Assembly: GCA_963701945.1 (NCBI GenBank)
Contig: CAVPBV010000017.1
Coordinates: 184,172-248,171, forward strand
Direction of reading: 5' to 3'
Length of the DNA stretch: 64,000 bases
From: an uncultured Solirubrobacterales bacterium
Lineage (GTDB): Bacteria; Actinomycetota; Thermoleophilia; Solirubrobacterales; Solirubrobacteraceae
The notes beneath the pieces were generated by a model that was not told where the DNA came from, did not search any database, and saw nothing but the letters and a program-made list of their open reading frames with translations. A program made the position numbers and the translations under genes. Shown here piece after piece: positions 18,926-27,791 of the stretch (its first letter is position 1; each line of letters starts with the position of its first letter).

Positions 18926-21900
18926 CTACGAGATCCCGTACCGCTGTTTTTCCGCCGGGGTCAGCCCCCGAGTAACCCGCTGCTGCGCGATCTGCTCGAG
19001 CTGCTTGATGCTGCCGGCGAGCGCCGTCCCGAAGATTCTGATCTGCCCTCCATCCCCGCCGGCCGCGATTTGACTGCCATTGGTGGAGAACTCACAATCG
19101 GTGAGATCATCGCCGTACGGGAAGGTCGTCAGGAGCTGTCCGGTGGCGACGCTCCACACGTGAATGCTTCCCGAGCAGGTGACGATGAACTGGCCGTTGG
19201 GGCTGAAGTTGGCATTGGCCACCTGGTCGCCATTAGGTTCGGCAAGGACCTCAACTTGTCCTCCTGTGGTTGCATTCCAAACACGCGAGGTGCCGTCATC
19301 GCTGGAGGTCACTACGAGTCTGCCACCGTCGTCGGGACTGAACCAGGCGCTGGAGATCTCCGCACCGGTCGGCTCGAGCAGCACCTGGCTGAGCTTACGG
19401 GTCTGCACGTCCCAGATCTGCGCGGTTCCGTCGTCGCTCGAGGTTAGGACCTTACTGCTGTCGGGGCTGAAAACCGCCCACTCGATCGCGCTGGGAGCGC
19501 CCGAGGAGTCACTGATAAGCTTCCAGATCGGGCGGTAGGTCGTTGCGCTCGTTGCCATCCAGACGCATGCGCTGCCGTCCTCGTCGGCGGTCACGACGTA
19601 TTTTCCGTTCGGGCTGAATATCGCGTGATTGATCCCGGGGTTGTTGGAACCTGCAGGATTCGTATACGCCGGGTAGTTGTCGAGGTCCAGCGTGGCGACA
19701 GGCTTGGCCAGGTGCGCAACTGCCCAGATTCGCGCCTGCTGAGTTCCGTCGGTTGTGACTAGGAACTGCCCGTTGTGACTGAACTGCGCCGATGCGCAGT
19801 AGTCACTACCCGTGCTCCACCGAGCGAGTTGACTGCCCGTCGACGTATTCCAGAGCGAGACCGTGCCGTTGTCGGCCCCGGCGGCGAGGAGGTGTAGGTT
19901 CGTTGGGCTGAAGGCTACGCTGCAGACGTCGTCGGTCTGGTCGAGTAGAAGCTTGCGCTCGTCGATCGGCTCGGTGCTCCAGATCCTGGCGGTCCCGTCG
20001 ACGCTGGCGGTTATCAAAATCCTGCCGGCCTTGTTGATCGCGAGGGCGTTGATCGGCCCCTCGTGACCCGCCAAGGAGACGAATGGCTGGTCGCTGTCCA
20101 GGTTCCATATCCGGGCCGTGCCGTCGTCTCCTCCGGTGAGGATGAACCCTCCGCTCGGGCTGAAGGCACCGGTGGTCAGGCTGTTGTAGTCCGGCTCCTC
20201 GAGTTGATCGATGTTCGCATGGCTTGGGCTAGTGGCGTAGAACCACTCGGCATATCCCCCCGTGTCAGTGGTCATGACCCTCGTCCCACTCGGGTCGAAC
20301 GCGACGCTGGTCACCTTAGAGCCATCTTTGTTGAAGGCCGCGCCGAACTGCTTGAACGCAACGGGCTTCCGCTCTTGCTTACCGACGAAATAGATCTGGG
20401 CGTCGCCCTCATTGCCGGCGACCGCGATGAGCTTGCCGTTGGGAGAGAACGCTGCGTCCTCCAGAGACGCATCCTCCGCATCCGCGTAGCCGACCTCCGT
20501 GCTGGTGTTGATGTTGAAGACACGGGCATAGCCGTCATCGCCGGAGGTGAGAATCCAGAGCGGGTTCGCCGGATCGAACTGGACGCTCCGCAGCGGTTGA
20601 CGGCTGACGGGGATTACGCCGAGCGGGACGCCATCCGGTACACCCCAGAGCCAAACGGTGCCGGCTTGGGTCGCAGTCGCGAGCAGGCGGTTGTGGAGGC
20701 CGAAGGCAACTCCGTTGATCGCGGAATTCCCAGGAATGCTGATCACGTCGAGCGGCCTCCAGGCAACCTTCCCCGAGCGCAGGCGGAATGCTTTCCAAAC
20801 GGTTGCCGTTCCAAACTGGCTTCCGGTCACCGCCATCGTGCCGTCCGGGGTCAGCGCCACCGAGTCGAGGAGGTTCGATCCGGCGCCGGAGCGCAGCGCC
20901 GCCACCGGCTCCGTACCCGACGCGCCCCAGACGGTGACCACCCCGCTGGCGCTGGCGGTCACGATGGACTTTCCACCCGGGCCGAAGCTCGCCGACGTGA
21001 CCGTGTCGGTGCCGGCGCGCCCGAGCGAGCGAACGACCGTCTGGAGTCTGGCATCCCAAATCCGGACGACGCCGTCACCGCTGGCCGTTACGATCTGCTT
21101 GCCGTTCGGACTGAATGCAGCGCCCCAGACCGTGTATTGCCCATTCCCCACGTTCAGTGCACCGGCGGGTTTTCCCGTGGCTACGTCCCAGATCAGCGCT
21201 GTGCCGTCCAAGCCAGCGGTGATGACCTGAGTGCCGTCAGGACTGAAGCTTGCGCTGAGCAGCCCGGGCCGGGGCGATGGGGTGAGGGCCATGATCGGCT
21301 TGCCCGTCCGCGCATCCCAGATCTGGGCGGTCCCGCTCGAGCCGGCGGTGACGATCCGTGAGCTGTCGGGGCTGAACTGCGCATCCGACAGAACCTGCGG
21401 GGTTGGCTTCTGGAATAGCTGCCGAAAGGTGCGCGCATCCCAGACGCGGATATAGCCGTCGGCAGCCGTCGTCACGATCAATTGTCCGTTCGGGCTGAAC
21501 GCGGCGCTTGTGACCGCGTAGCCGCCGGATCGCGGAGCGAGGAGACCCAGAAGACTCCCGTTACGAGCATCGATGACCCTCGCCGTTCCGTCGGCGCCGG
21601 CGGTGATGATCTCCGTCCCGGCAGGATTGAGCGCCGCACCGTTGAGCGCGCCGAATCCGCCCAGGCTGGTAATCGGCCGATGGCTCGCCGCGTCCCATAT
21701 GCGGATCGTCCCGTCGGCCGACGCGGTCAGGATCCTGGTTCCGTCCGAGCTGAACATCGCGCTTCGCGCCGGGGACGGGGGAGCGAGCGTCGCCGTGACC
21801 TGGACTTGCGGCAGGGAAGCTCGCAGCGCGGCCTCGGCCTCGGGGGTATCGCGAACCTTGAGCGCCTGGAGCGACAGAAGCGTCGCCAGCTCGGGATCCT

Positions 21901-23467
21901 GGCTCAGCGCGGCTTCGGCGCTCGCCGCGAGGTGGCGGGATTGCGCCAGCTGGTTGTCGCGGTCGGCGGCTTTCTTGGCCGCATACGCCAGCACTCCCCC
22001 CACGATGCAGGCAACCAGGAGCACGCCCGCGGCGATCGCGAGGCCCTTGAACATCCGCGCGCGCCGCCGTTCCTCGGCAGCGCGGTCCTCCGCTTCGCGC
22101 TTCTCGCGCTGAAGCTGGGCCGCCCTCTCGTGTGCCTGGCGCTCGGCTTGGATCGCGGTCTGGCGCGTCCGCCAGTCGAGGATGGCCGGGGCCAGCAGAT
22201 CGTGGGAGATCTCGAACCGCGTTTTTCCGTCACCACCCGGGGCTGGCGGGACAGGACGGAGAATGCGGATATCGCCGCTCGACATTCGCTCGAGCAGCGT
22301 CTCGACTTCCTCGGGCGTGCGGCTCGTGTTGTCCCCGGCGAGGGCCACCAGGTCGACGGCAGACAGGGCGATCTTGGTTCCCGAGGGAGTCACCAGGTAA
22401 CGGAAGACATCGAGTGCGGTCTCGCGCTCGTGCGGCTCCAAGTCGCTGAGCGCGCGATCGACGTGGGTTTTGACGATCGTCTGCGCGCCACCGAGCTCGT
22501 CGAGCGTGCCCAGCCGCAGCGTTCGCGACCCGTTCTCGAGCTCGGTCTCCCAGAGCCGCTTCATGACAAGCTGGAGGTACGGCGCGGCGATCGCGTCGTT
22601 GACGCGGCCGGAGCCGTTCGCGCCGCCGACCGCACCCTTGCCCGTCTGATCTGAGCCGAACTGGTCCGGCGACAGCTGCGTCAGGACGGCATCGACCAAC
22701 GGCGAGATCGAGCCGGTGTTGCCGGGCGCCGGCTCGATCTCGACCGGCGGCTCGTCCGGGTGAAGCTCGTTGAATCGCTTGATTGGCTTCTCGATCGCCT
22801 CGCGCGCCGTCTTTCGATTGAGGTTTTCCAGGTGGAGGTAGTTTCCGTAGACGTTGTCGATCCGGCCCTGGAACAGATCGCCGAGGCGGGCGTAGGCGTC
22901 CTCACGAATCGAGATCAGGAAATTGGCCCGCAGGTCGTTGTGGTTGAGGCAGGCCGCGACCTCGTCGGCGAACCTGCCCTTGCGCGATTGGTAGAGGAAG
23001 TACTCCTCGAACTGATCGAGGATGATCAATACGGTGGCGTTCGCCGCCTCGCTGGCGGCATCTAGGACATCGACCAGATGGGCATGCTCGAGTTCGTCAA
23101 GCGCGCCACCAGGCACGAACGGGGCCACGGCCTTCCTGATCTCCTTGATCAGGTCGTCGGTGGGCTCATCCCGCCAGGAGCTGAACACCACCGGGATGGC
23201 CTCCGGCGTTCCTACCTCCATCAGGCTGTGCTCGGCAAGCTCGCTCAGGCGCGACGCCACTCCGGCGCGGAGCAGCGAGCTCTTACCCACTCCGCTCCCG
23301 GCGTAGAGCAGAGTCAGACGCGAGGCCCGCAGGTTGCTGATCAGCACCGTGCGCTCCGCCTCCCGCCCGAAGAACATCGCGGCGTCGTCGCGCGTGTAGA
23401 ACGTCAGGCCGACGTACGGACCCGCGGGAGCCTCAACCTTCTCGGCTGGTGCGGCGACGACGATCAC
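18926..23467 (-). CDS. STAND NTPase (nSTAND1-like) + TM helix + multi-WD40 propeller protein
   Basis: PYVGLTFY..FFGRE, Walker A YAGSGVGKSS, Walker B IILDQFEEYF, PYLQL..RLWE, then a coiled region and a TM helix (GLAIAAGVLLVACIVGGVLA). Many repeats of the form FSPDG..I.TA..DGTARIWD follow. Confidence 0.88.
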   Translation of the reverse strand: MIVVAAPAEKVEAPAGPYVGLTFYTRDDAAMFFGREAERTVLISNLRASRLTLLYAGSGVGKSSLLRAGVASRLSELAEHSLMEVGTPEAIPVVFSSWRDEPTDDLIKEIRKAVAPFVPGGALDELEHAHLVDVLDAASEAANATVLIILDQFEEYFLYQSRKGRFADEVAACLNHNDLRANFLISIREDAYARLGDLFQGRIDNVYGNYLHLENLNRKTAREAIEKPIKRFNELHPDEPPVEIEPAPGNTGSISPLVDAVLTQLSPDQFGSDQTGKGAVGGANGSGRVNDAIAAPYLQLVMKRLWETELENGSRTLRLGTLDELGGAQTIVKTHVDRALSDLEPHERETALDVFRYLVTPSGTKIALSAVDLVALAGDNTSRTPEEVETLLERMSSGDIRILRPVPPAPGGDGKTRFEISHDLLAPAILDWRTRQTAIQAERQAHERAAQLQREKREAEDRAAEERRRARMFKGLAIAAGVLLVACIVGGVLAYAAKKAADRDNQLAQSRHLAASAEAALSQDPELATLLSLQALKVRDTPEAEAALRASLPQVQVTATLAPPSPARSAMFSSDGTRILTASADGTIRIWDAASHRPITSLGGFGALNGAALNPAGTEIITAGADGTARVIDARNGSLLGLLAPRSGGYAVTSAAFSPNGQLIVTTAADGYIRVWDARTFRQLFQKPTPQVLSDAQFSPDSSRIVTAGSSGTAQIWDARTGKPIMALTPSPRPGLLSASFSPDGTQVITAGLDGTALIWDVATGKPAGALNVGNGQYTVWGAAFSPNGKQIVTASGDGVVRIWDARLQTVVRSLGRAGTDTVTSASFGPGGKSIVTASASGVVTVWGASGTEPVAALRSGAGSNLLDSVALTPDGTMAVTGSQFGTATVWKAFRLRSGKVAWRPLDVISIPGNSAINGVAFGLHNRLLATATQAGTVWLWGVPDGVPLGVIPVSRQPLRSVQFDPANPLWILTSGDDGYARVFNINTSTEVGYADAEDASLEDAAFSPNGKLIAVAGNEGDAQIYFVGKQERKPVAFKQFGAAFNKDGSKVTSVAFDPSGTRVMTTDTGGYAEWFYATSPSHANIDQLEEPDYNSLTTGAFSPSGGFILTGGDDGTARIWNLDSDQPFVSLAGHEGPINALAINKAGRILITASVDGTARIWSTEPIDERKLLLDQTDDVCSVAFSPTNLHLLAAGADNGTVSLWNTSTGSQLARWSTGSDYCASAQFSHNGQFLVTTDGTQQARIWAVAHLAKPVATLDLDNYPAYTNPAGSNNPGINHAIFSPNGKYVVTADEDGSACVWMATSATTYRPIWKLISDSSGAPSAIEWAVFSPDSSKVLTSSDDGTAQIWDVQTRKLSQVLLEPTGAEISSAWFSPDDGGRLVVTSSDDGTSRVWNATTGGQVEVLAEPNGDQVANANFSPNGQFIVTCSGSIHVWSVATGQLLTTFPYGDDLTDCEFSTNGSQIAAGGDGGQIRIFGTALAGSIKQLEQIAQQRVTRGLTPAEKQRYGIS

Positions 23468-25059
23468 GCGCTCGTTCCAGCGGGCAAGCGGGCGTTGAGC
23501 TCGTCGGTCAGCCGCGTCGCGTAGTCAGCTAAGCCGCCGGCGTAGAGGTCGACGTTCAAACCTGACCAGAGCTCCCGCTCGAACATATCCGGGTCCGGTT
23601 CCACCGCCCACGACTTGGCACCGAGCCGCTCTCCCCCCCAGATCCGCTTGAGAAACACCCGGAGGTTCCAATCACGCATCGTGTACCCGAGGAACAGACA
23701 GTGGCTCCGTCTGAGCTTGGCCAGGATCTGGGTGGGTACCACTGCGGTGATCGGCTTGATGCTCAGATAGTCGATGTAGTGATCCTCGGTGACCACGTAG
23801 TTCTCGTTCCACTCGTAATCCCCGCGGTTGCCGTCGACCGCGCCGTGGATCTTGACGATCAGGGTTCGCGTGAGCTTTTGGCGGTCGTCGATCGGGAGCG
23901 CTCCGTACTGGTTCGGCTGGGAGATCGGTACGGGATCGCCGTCGTAAGGGAAATGCACGAAGTGACCCTTGTCGTCACCGGTTGCCATGTACACCGCTAG
24001 GTCGTACCACTCACCCTCGGCATCGAACGCCTGCTCGAGCGCCGTGTCGAAGTTCGTGGTGACGATCATTTGGTAACGGTCCTCGTGCCCCAGCTTTCGG
24101 GCCATCTCCGGGAACTTGGCGAAGAACCGGTGCACGGCGCTCGGCTCGCGGTCGGCGGTGAGCATCTCCTCGAGCGTCTCATACAGGTCGGGCCATCCAC
24201 GGGTGACCTGCACGTACTGAGCAACGTGCGCGAGGTCGAGGTCCCCGGGGTCGATGTTGAAACGCTTGGCCAGGCCCGCGGCCAACTCCGCGGCGCCCGG
24301 CAGCGAGCCAGCGGCGTCGATCAGGCTCTCCGCCCTGCGGTGGCTCTCCATGCGCGGACCGAGGACCGGAACGAGCCTTCCCTCGTCGACCATACTCTGC
24401 AGGATCTCTCTGACGTGGGCTGAATCAGGTCGTGGCGCGATGGGGTTGGGAGTGCTCGTCGGGCGTCCAGTGGACTCCGCGGGCGCCGGCGGTGGTTCGT
24501 CAGTCGGAGGCGCCGGCGCAGTTTCAGGCTTAGCGGTCGCGGCAGCGGTGTCCCCCGGCGTAGACTCGCGTGCGATGACCTCGATTCTGTCCGCCAGGGT
24601 CGTGGCATCCGCGTCGATGTGCTCAAGGTCGACGTGCTGCATCTGAAGCTGCAACAGCAACTGGAGCGAAGGCGGGAGACTGTCCATCGGCGGCGGAGCT
24701 GCGCTGCCGATCAGCACCGGAATGACCCGCGACCGGCGCTTCAGCGCTTGCTCGATCTCCAAGCGGACGTAGTCCTGCGTCCCGTCGACGACGCGGGCCT
24801 GCTGCCGCGCCTCAATGCTCGACAGCCATCGATCGCCCATCAGCGCGAGTAACACGCCCCCCGTCGAGCTCGCCTTGATCTCCTCCTCCCACTTCACGCC
24901 GGCCGGCAAGCTCTTGAGGTCGAGAAACACGTTGTCGGTGCCGAACCTGGCCGCGAGCCGCTCGTACAGGAGCAGCGCTTCGGCCTTGGTGTCTTCATGG
25001 CGATAGTTGATGAAGACCCGGACCTGCGCCGTAGTCGCCGCCACTTCTGATTCGCCCAC
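23464..25059 (-). CDS. TIR-domain / SIR2-like (SIR2_2) fusion protein
   Basis: TIR: VFINYRHED, VFLD, VRLEIEQAL, VIPVL. A Pro/Ala linker follows. SIR2-like: IVTTNFD, IVKIHG, VTEDHY, LFLGYTMRDWN. GTG start chosen at 25059; the stop overlaps the STAND gene start by 4 bp. Confidence 0.85.
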   Translation of the reverse strand: MGESEVAATTAQVRVFINYRHEDTKAEALLLYERLAARFGTDNVFLDLKSLPAGVKWEEEIKASSTGGVLLALMGDRWLSSIEARQQARVVDGTQDYVRLEIEQALKRRSRVIPVLIGSAAPPPMDSLPPSLQLLLQLQMQHVDLEHIDADATTLADRIEVIARESTPGDTAAATAKPETAPAPPTDEPPPAPAESTGRPTSTPNPIAPRPDSAHVREILQSMVDEGRLVPVLGPRMESHRRAESLIDAAGSLPGAAELAAGLAKRFNIDPGDLDLAHVAQYVQVTRGWPDLYETLEEMLTADREPSAVHRFFAKFPEMARKLGHEDRYQMIVTTNFDTALEQAFDAEGEWYDLAVYMATGDDKGHFVHFPYDGDPVPISQPNQYGALPIDDRQKLTRTLIVKIHGAVDGNRGDYEWNENYVVTEDHYIDYLSIKPITAVVPTQILAKLRRSHCLFLGYTMRDWNLRVFLKRIWGGERLGAKSWAVEPDPDMFERELWSGLNVDLYAGGLADYATRLTDELNARLPAGTSA

Positions 25060-25277
25060 TGCGCCCTTTCCCCGCTGAGAACCGAAGGCCCTCGGCTGGC
25101 AAAGTGTTAACCACGGGACGGGTTTTGGCAAGAGGCCGGGCCGCGAGTCACATGAGATTGATGCAAAGTGGCGAGACCGTGTGTGCTAAAGCTTACGCAA
25201 AGCTTATGATCCCTGATGAAACCGTGAGTGAAAGCACGCTCACGAACGCTGACGCGCGGGTGCGTGGCGCGCTCGCC

Positions 25278-25385
25278 TCAGTGCAGGATCGAGCCGCCGT
25301 CGGCGACGAGTGTCTGTCCGGTGATCGCGCCGGCTGCATCGGAAGCGAGGAATGCGACCAGCGCGGCGAGAACACCTACGCGAGC
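25278..25385 (-). pseudogene. C-terminal remnant of a short-chain dehydrogenase/reductase
   Basis: Reads ...LAALVAFLASDAAGAITGQTLVADGGSILH*, the canonical SDR C-terminus. No SDR N-terminus lies upstream. Confidence 0.65.
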
Positions 25386-25405
25386 ACGATCCTGGCGATG
25401 TTCCC

Positions 25406-25430
25406 CTGGAGCGACCTGCAGACGCTCCAG
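25406..25430. terminator. Inverted repeat downstream of the nucleoside hydrolase gene, possible terminator
   Basis: CTGGAGCG-N9-CGCTCCAG, a perfect 8-bp stem about 40 nt past the stop. No U tract. Confidence 0.3.
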
Positions 25431-25471
25431 ACGCAGATGACGTGCGCGTCGTGATCCCGACGCGCATGCGT

Positions 25472-26398
25472 TTAGCCCAGTGAGCTGATCCGCGCGATCA
25501 GCAGTTCGCGGAACCGGTCTGAGTCGATCCCGACCGCGACGTGGCAGTTGCGCTCCCAATCGCTCAGGCCCGATCGGTCGGCGTGGGTGCGCCCGCGCGA
25601 AAGCTCGGGGCCTGTGTCGACGACCACGCCGATGTGCTCGGTGGTGAGGAGGCCGCCGTCGATCACGTGGGCCACCGCGACCGCATCGTGGACGGGCGCG
25701 CCCTCCCATCCGTAACGGCGGCGGTGGAACTGCACGTAGAACTCGAACAGATCCGCGACGAGCGTCCCCGCCTTGCCGGAGCTCCGCAGCCGCGCGACGT
25801 CGGCCGGTCGGAGCAGCGCCTGGTGCGTGACGTCGAGCCCGACCATTGTGAGGTCGATGCCGCTCGTGAACACGCGATGCGCGGCCTCGGGGTCGGCCCA
25901 GATGTTGAACTCGGCGGGAGGCGTCACATTGCCCTCGCCGATCGCGCCGCCCATCAAAACGATTCGCTCGATACGGGCGGCGATGTCCGGATAGCGCGCG
26001 AGCAGTAAAGCGATGTTCGTCAGCGGGCCGGTCGGCACGAGCGTCACCGGGCTCGCATGGCCGAGCACCGTCGTGGCGATCCAGTCGATCGCGTGCGACG
26101 GCGCCGGTTGCCGTGCGGGCGGCGGGAGATCGGGGCCGTCAAGCCCGGTCTCGCCGTGAACCTCCGCGGCGACGTGACGGTCCCGGACGAGCGGCCGATC
26201 GGCGCCGGCGGCGACCGGGATCTCCTCATAGCCGACGTGGTCGAGAACCCGGATGGCGTTCGCGGTCGTCTTCTCGAGCGTCTGATTCCCGGAGACCGTG
26301 GTGACCCCGAGCAGGTTCAGCTCGGGGCTGCCCAGTGCCAGAAGGAGCGCGATCGCGTCGTCGTGGCCGGGGTCGCAGTCGAGGATGATGTCGGTCAT
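25472..26398 (-). CDS. Nucleoside hydrolase (IUNH/Rih family)
   Basis: DCDPGHDD, VSGN, VHGETGL, TGPLTN, AEFNIWADPEA and VHD. Confidence 0.93.
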   Translation of the reverse strand: MTDIILDCDPGHDDAIALLLALGSPELNLLGVTTVSGNQTLEKTTANAIRVLDHVGYEEIPVAAGADRPLVRDRHVAAEVHGETGLDGPDLPPPARQPAPSHAIDWIATTVLGHASPVTLVPTGPLTNIALLLARYPDIAARIERIVLMGGAIGEGNVTPPAEFNIWADPEAAHRVFTSGIDLTMVGLDVTHQALLRPADVARLRSSGKAGTLVADLFEFYVQFHRRRYGWEGAPVHDAVAVAHVIDGGLLTTEHIGVVVDTGPELSRGRTHADRSGLSDWERNCHVAVGIDSDRFRELLIARISSLG

Positions 26399-26431
26399 CG
26401 GGTCACGGTAGGAGTCGGCAGCGCCCCGGCA

Positions 26432-27175
26432 TCATCGCTGACAGGCCGGGCACCAGTACGTCGTCCTTCCCCCGACCCTGGCCCGCTCGAGCCGATGGCC
26501 GTCCCGCGGGCACGCGCCCTCACGCCGGCGGGCCTCGATGAACCTGCCGGTATGGGCGCCGCCCTTTCGAATTGCCGAGCGGACCGCGGCGCGTACCTCG
26601 CGGCGGAGCCGGTCGAGCTCGTCTGTCGATAGGTCCGATGTGCTCCGTAACGGCGAAATCCGGGCCTGCCACAGGATCTGATCCGCGAGCAGGTTGCCGA
26701 TGCCTGAGATCGCGCCCTGGTTGAGCAGGCGCGCCTTGATTGCGGTCTTGCCGGCGCCGATCAGGCGGCGGAAGTCCTCGCGACCGACCACGGCGGCGTC
26801 GGGCCCGACGTGCGAGAAGTCGGGGTTGAGAACCGCGCGCCCGAGCCGGCGCTTGTCGCGGAGCACCAGCCGCCCGCCGTCCTCGAATTCGATCGTGAAC
26901 CGATCCCAGCGCGAGCTGTCCTCGGGGTCGACGATGATCCGCCCGGCCATCCCGAGGTGCAGGCCGACCGCGGGGCCGTCCTCGGTCTCGAGCCACATGA
27001 ACTTGCCGCGGCGGTGAGCGGTGGCGAGGGTGTGGCCGGTCAACGCCGCGGCGATCTCACCGGGAGCGTGCGGCCGGCTCACGTACGTGTCCGAGTCATC
27101 GACGGCCACGATCCGGCGGCCGAGCGCGGACTCGAGCGTCTGGCGGGCGCGTTCGACCTCGGGCAGCTCGGGCAT
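26432..27175 (-). CDS. Fpg/Nei-family DNA glycosylase/AP lyase
   Basis: N-terminal MPELPEV, RRGKF, HLGMAG, GIGNLLAD (H2TH) and a C-terminal zinc finger. TACGCT lies 6 nt before ATG 27175. Confidence 0.9.
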   Translation of the reverse strand: MPELPEVERARQTLESALGRRIVAVDDSDTYVSRPHAPGEIAAALTGHTLATAHRRGKFMWLETEDGPAVGLHLGMAGRIIVDPEDSSRWDRFTIEFEDGGRLVLRDKRRLGRAVLNPDFSHVGPDAAVVGREDFRRLIGAGKTAIKARLLNQGAISGIGNLLADQILWQARISPLRSTSDLSTDELDRLRREVRAAVRSAIRKGGAHTGRFIEARRREGACPRDGHRLERARVGGRTTYWCPACQR

Positions 27176-27194
27176 CGATTCAGCGTAGTAACGA

Positions 27195-27223
27195 CGGCCG
27201 GGGCACGCGAAGCGCCCCGGCCG
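27195..27223. terminator. GC-rich hairpin downstream of the aspartyl protease gene
   Basis: CGGCCGGGGC-N9-GCCCCGGCCG, a perfect 10-bp stem starting about 10 nt past the stop. Confidence 0.45.
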
Positions 27224-27232
27224 AACCACGCG

Positions 27233-27727
27233 TCAGCCGAGGATGAGCTCCTTGGCCGCGTAGTCGATCGTCACCGACCCGAACCGTGACAGCACGTCCG
27301 AGCCGAGCAGGCCAAACGGGTGCGCGTTGAGCCCGGCGATCGGCGCGCTTGAGACGACGACGGTCGGGAGCGGCACCACCCCGCCGACGTTCCAGTTCTT
27401 CACACGCACGCGCCGGGCGAGCGCGCAACCGGTCACGCCGCAGAACTTGTGGCGCTTGCCGACCGTCTTCAGGTGTAGCGCCTGGGCGGCGGTCGAGTTC
27501 AGCACCGTGACCGTCGCGCCCGTGTCGATCAGCATCGGGACGAGGCGGCCGTGGATGTACACGCGCACGAGCGCCGCGGTGGCGCCGCTCTTGGTCTTGA
27601 CCACCACGATCGGAATCGTCGCCTGGGCCGTGTGGGCTTCGACGGGGCTCGCGGATGCCACCCCTCCCGTGACGCCAACCAGTGCCACCGTGCACACCAG
27701 GCTCGCTACAACGATGAAACGACGCAC
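27233..27727 (-). CDS. Secreted retropepsin-like aspartyl protease (single domain)
   Basis: Signal peptide, LIDTGATVTVL and GLLGSDVL. Confidence 0.8.
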   Translation of the reverse strand: MRRFIVVASLVCTVALVGVTGGVASASPVEAHTAQATIPIVVVKTKSGATAALVRVYIHGRLVPMLIDTGATVTVLNSTAAQALHLKTVGKRHKFCGVTGCALARRVRVKNWNVGGVVPLPTVVVSSAPIAGLNAHPFGLLGSDVLSRFGSVTIDYAAKELILG

Positions 27728-27791
27728 GACTTCTCCCCTCGTTGACCGGCTTCCGACGCCGACCCCGCCGCCGAATAGTTCTCAGGACAAG

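Noticed and set aside
19000-21900. Repetitive DNA in the STAND gene as a possible mobile or repeat element
   Set aside because: It is fully explained by WD40 protein repeats.
25160-25215. GCAAA...ACGCAAAGC resembling a c-di-GMP-I riboswitch
   Set aside because: There is no P2 stem with a GNRA loop at the right spacing, and no plus-strand gene downstream to regulate.
25213-25250. CTGATGA...GAAA resembling a hammerhead ribozyme core
   Set aside because: The bases between the two motifs do not form stem II with the required G-C closing pair, and I found no stems I and III or cleavage triplet. An Infernal/Rfam search would settle it.
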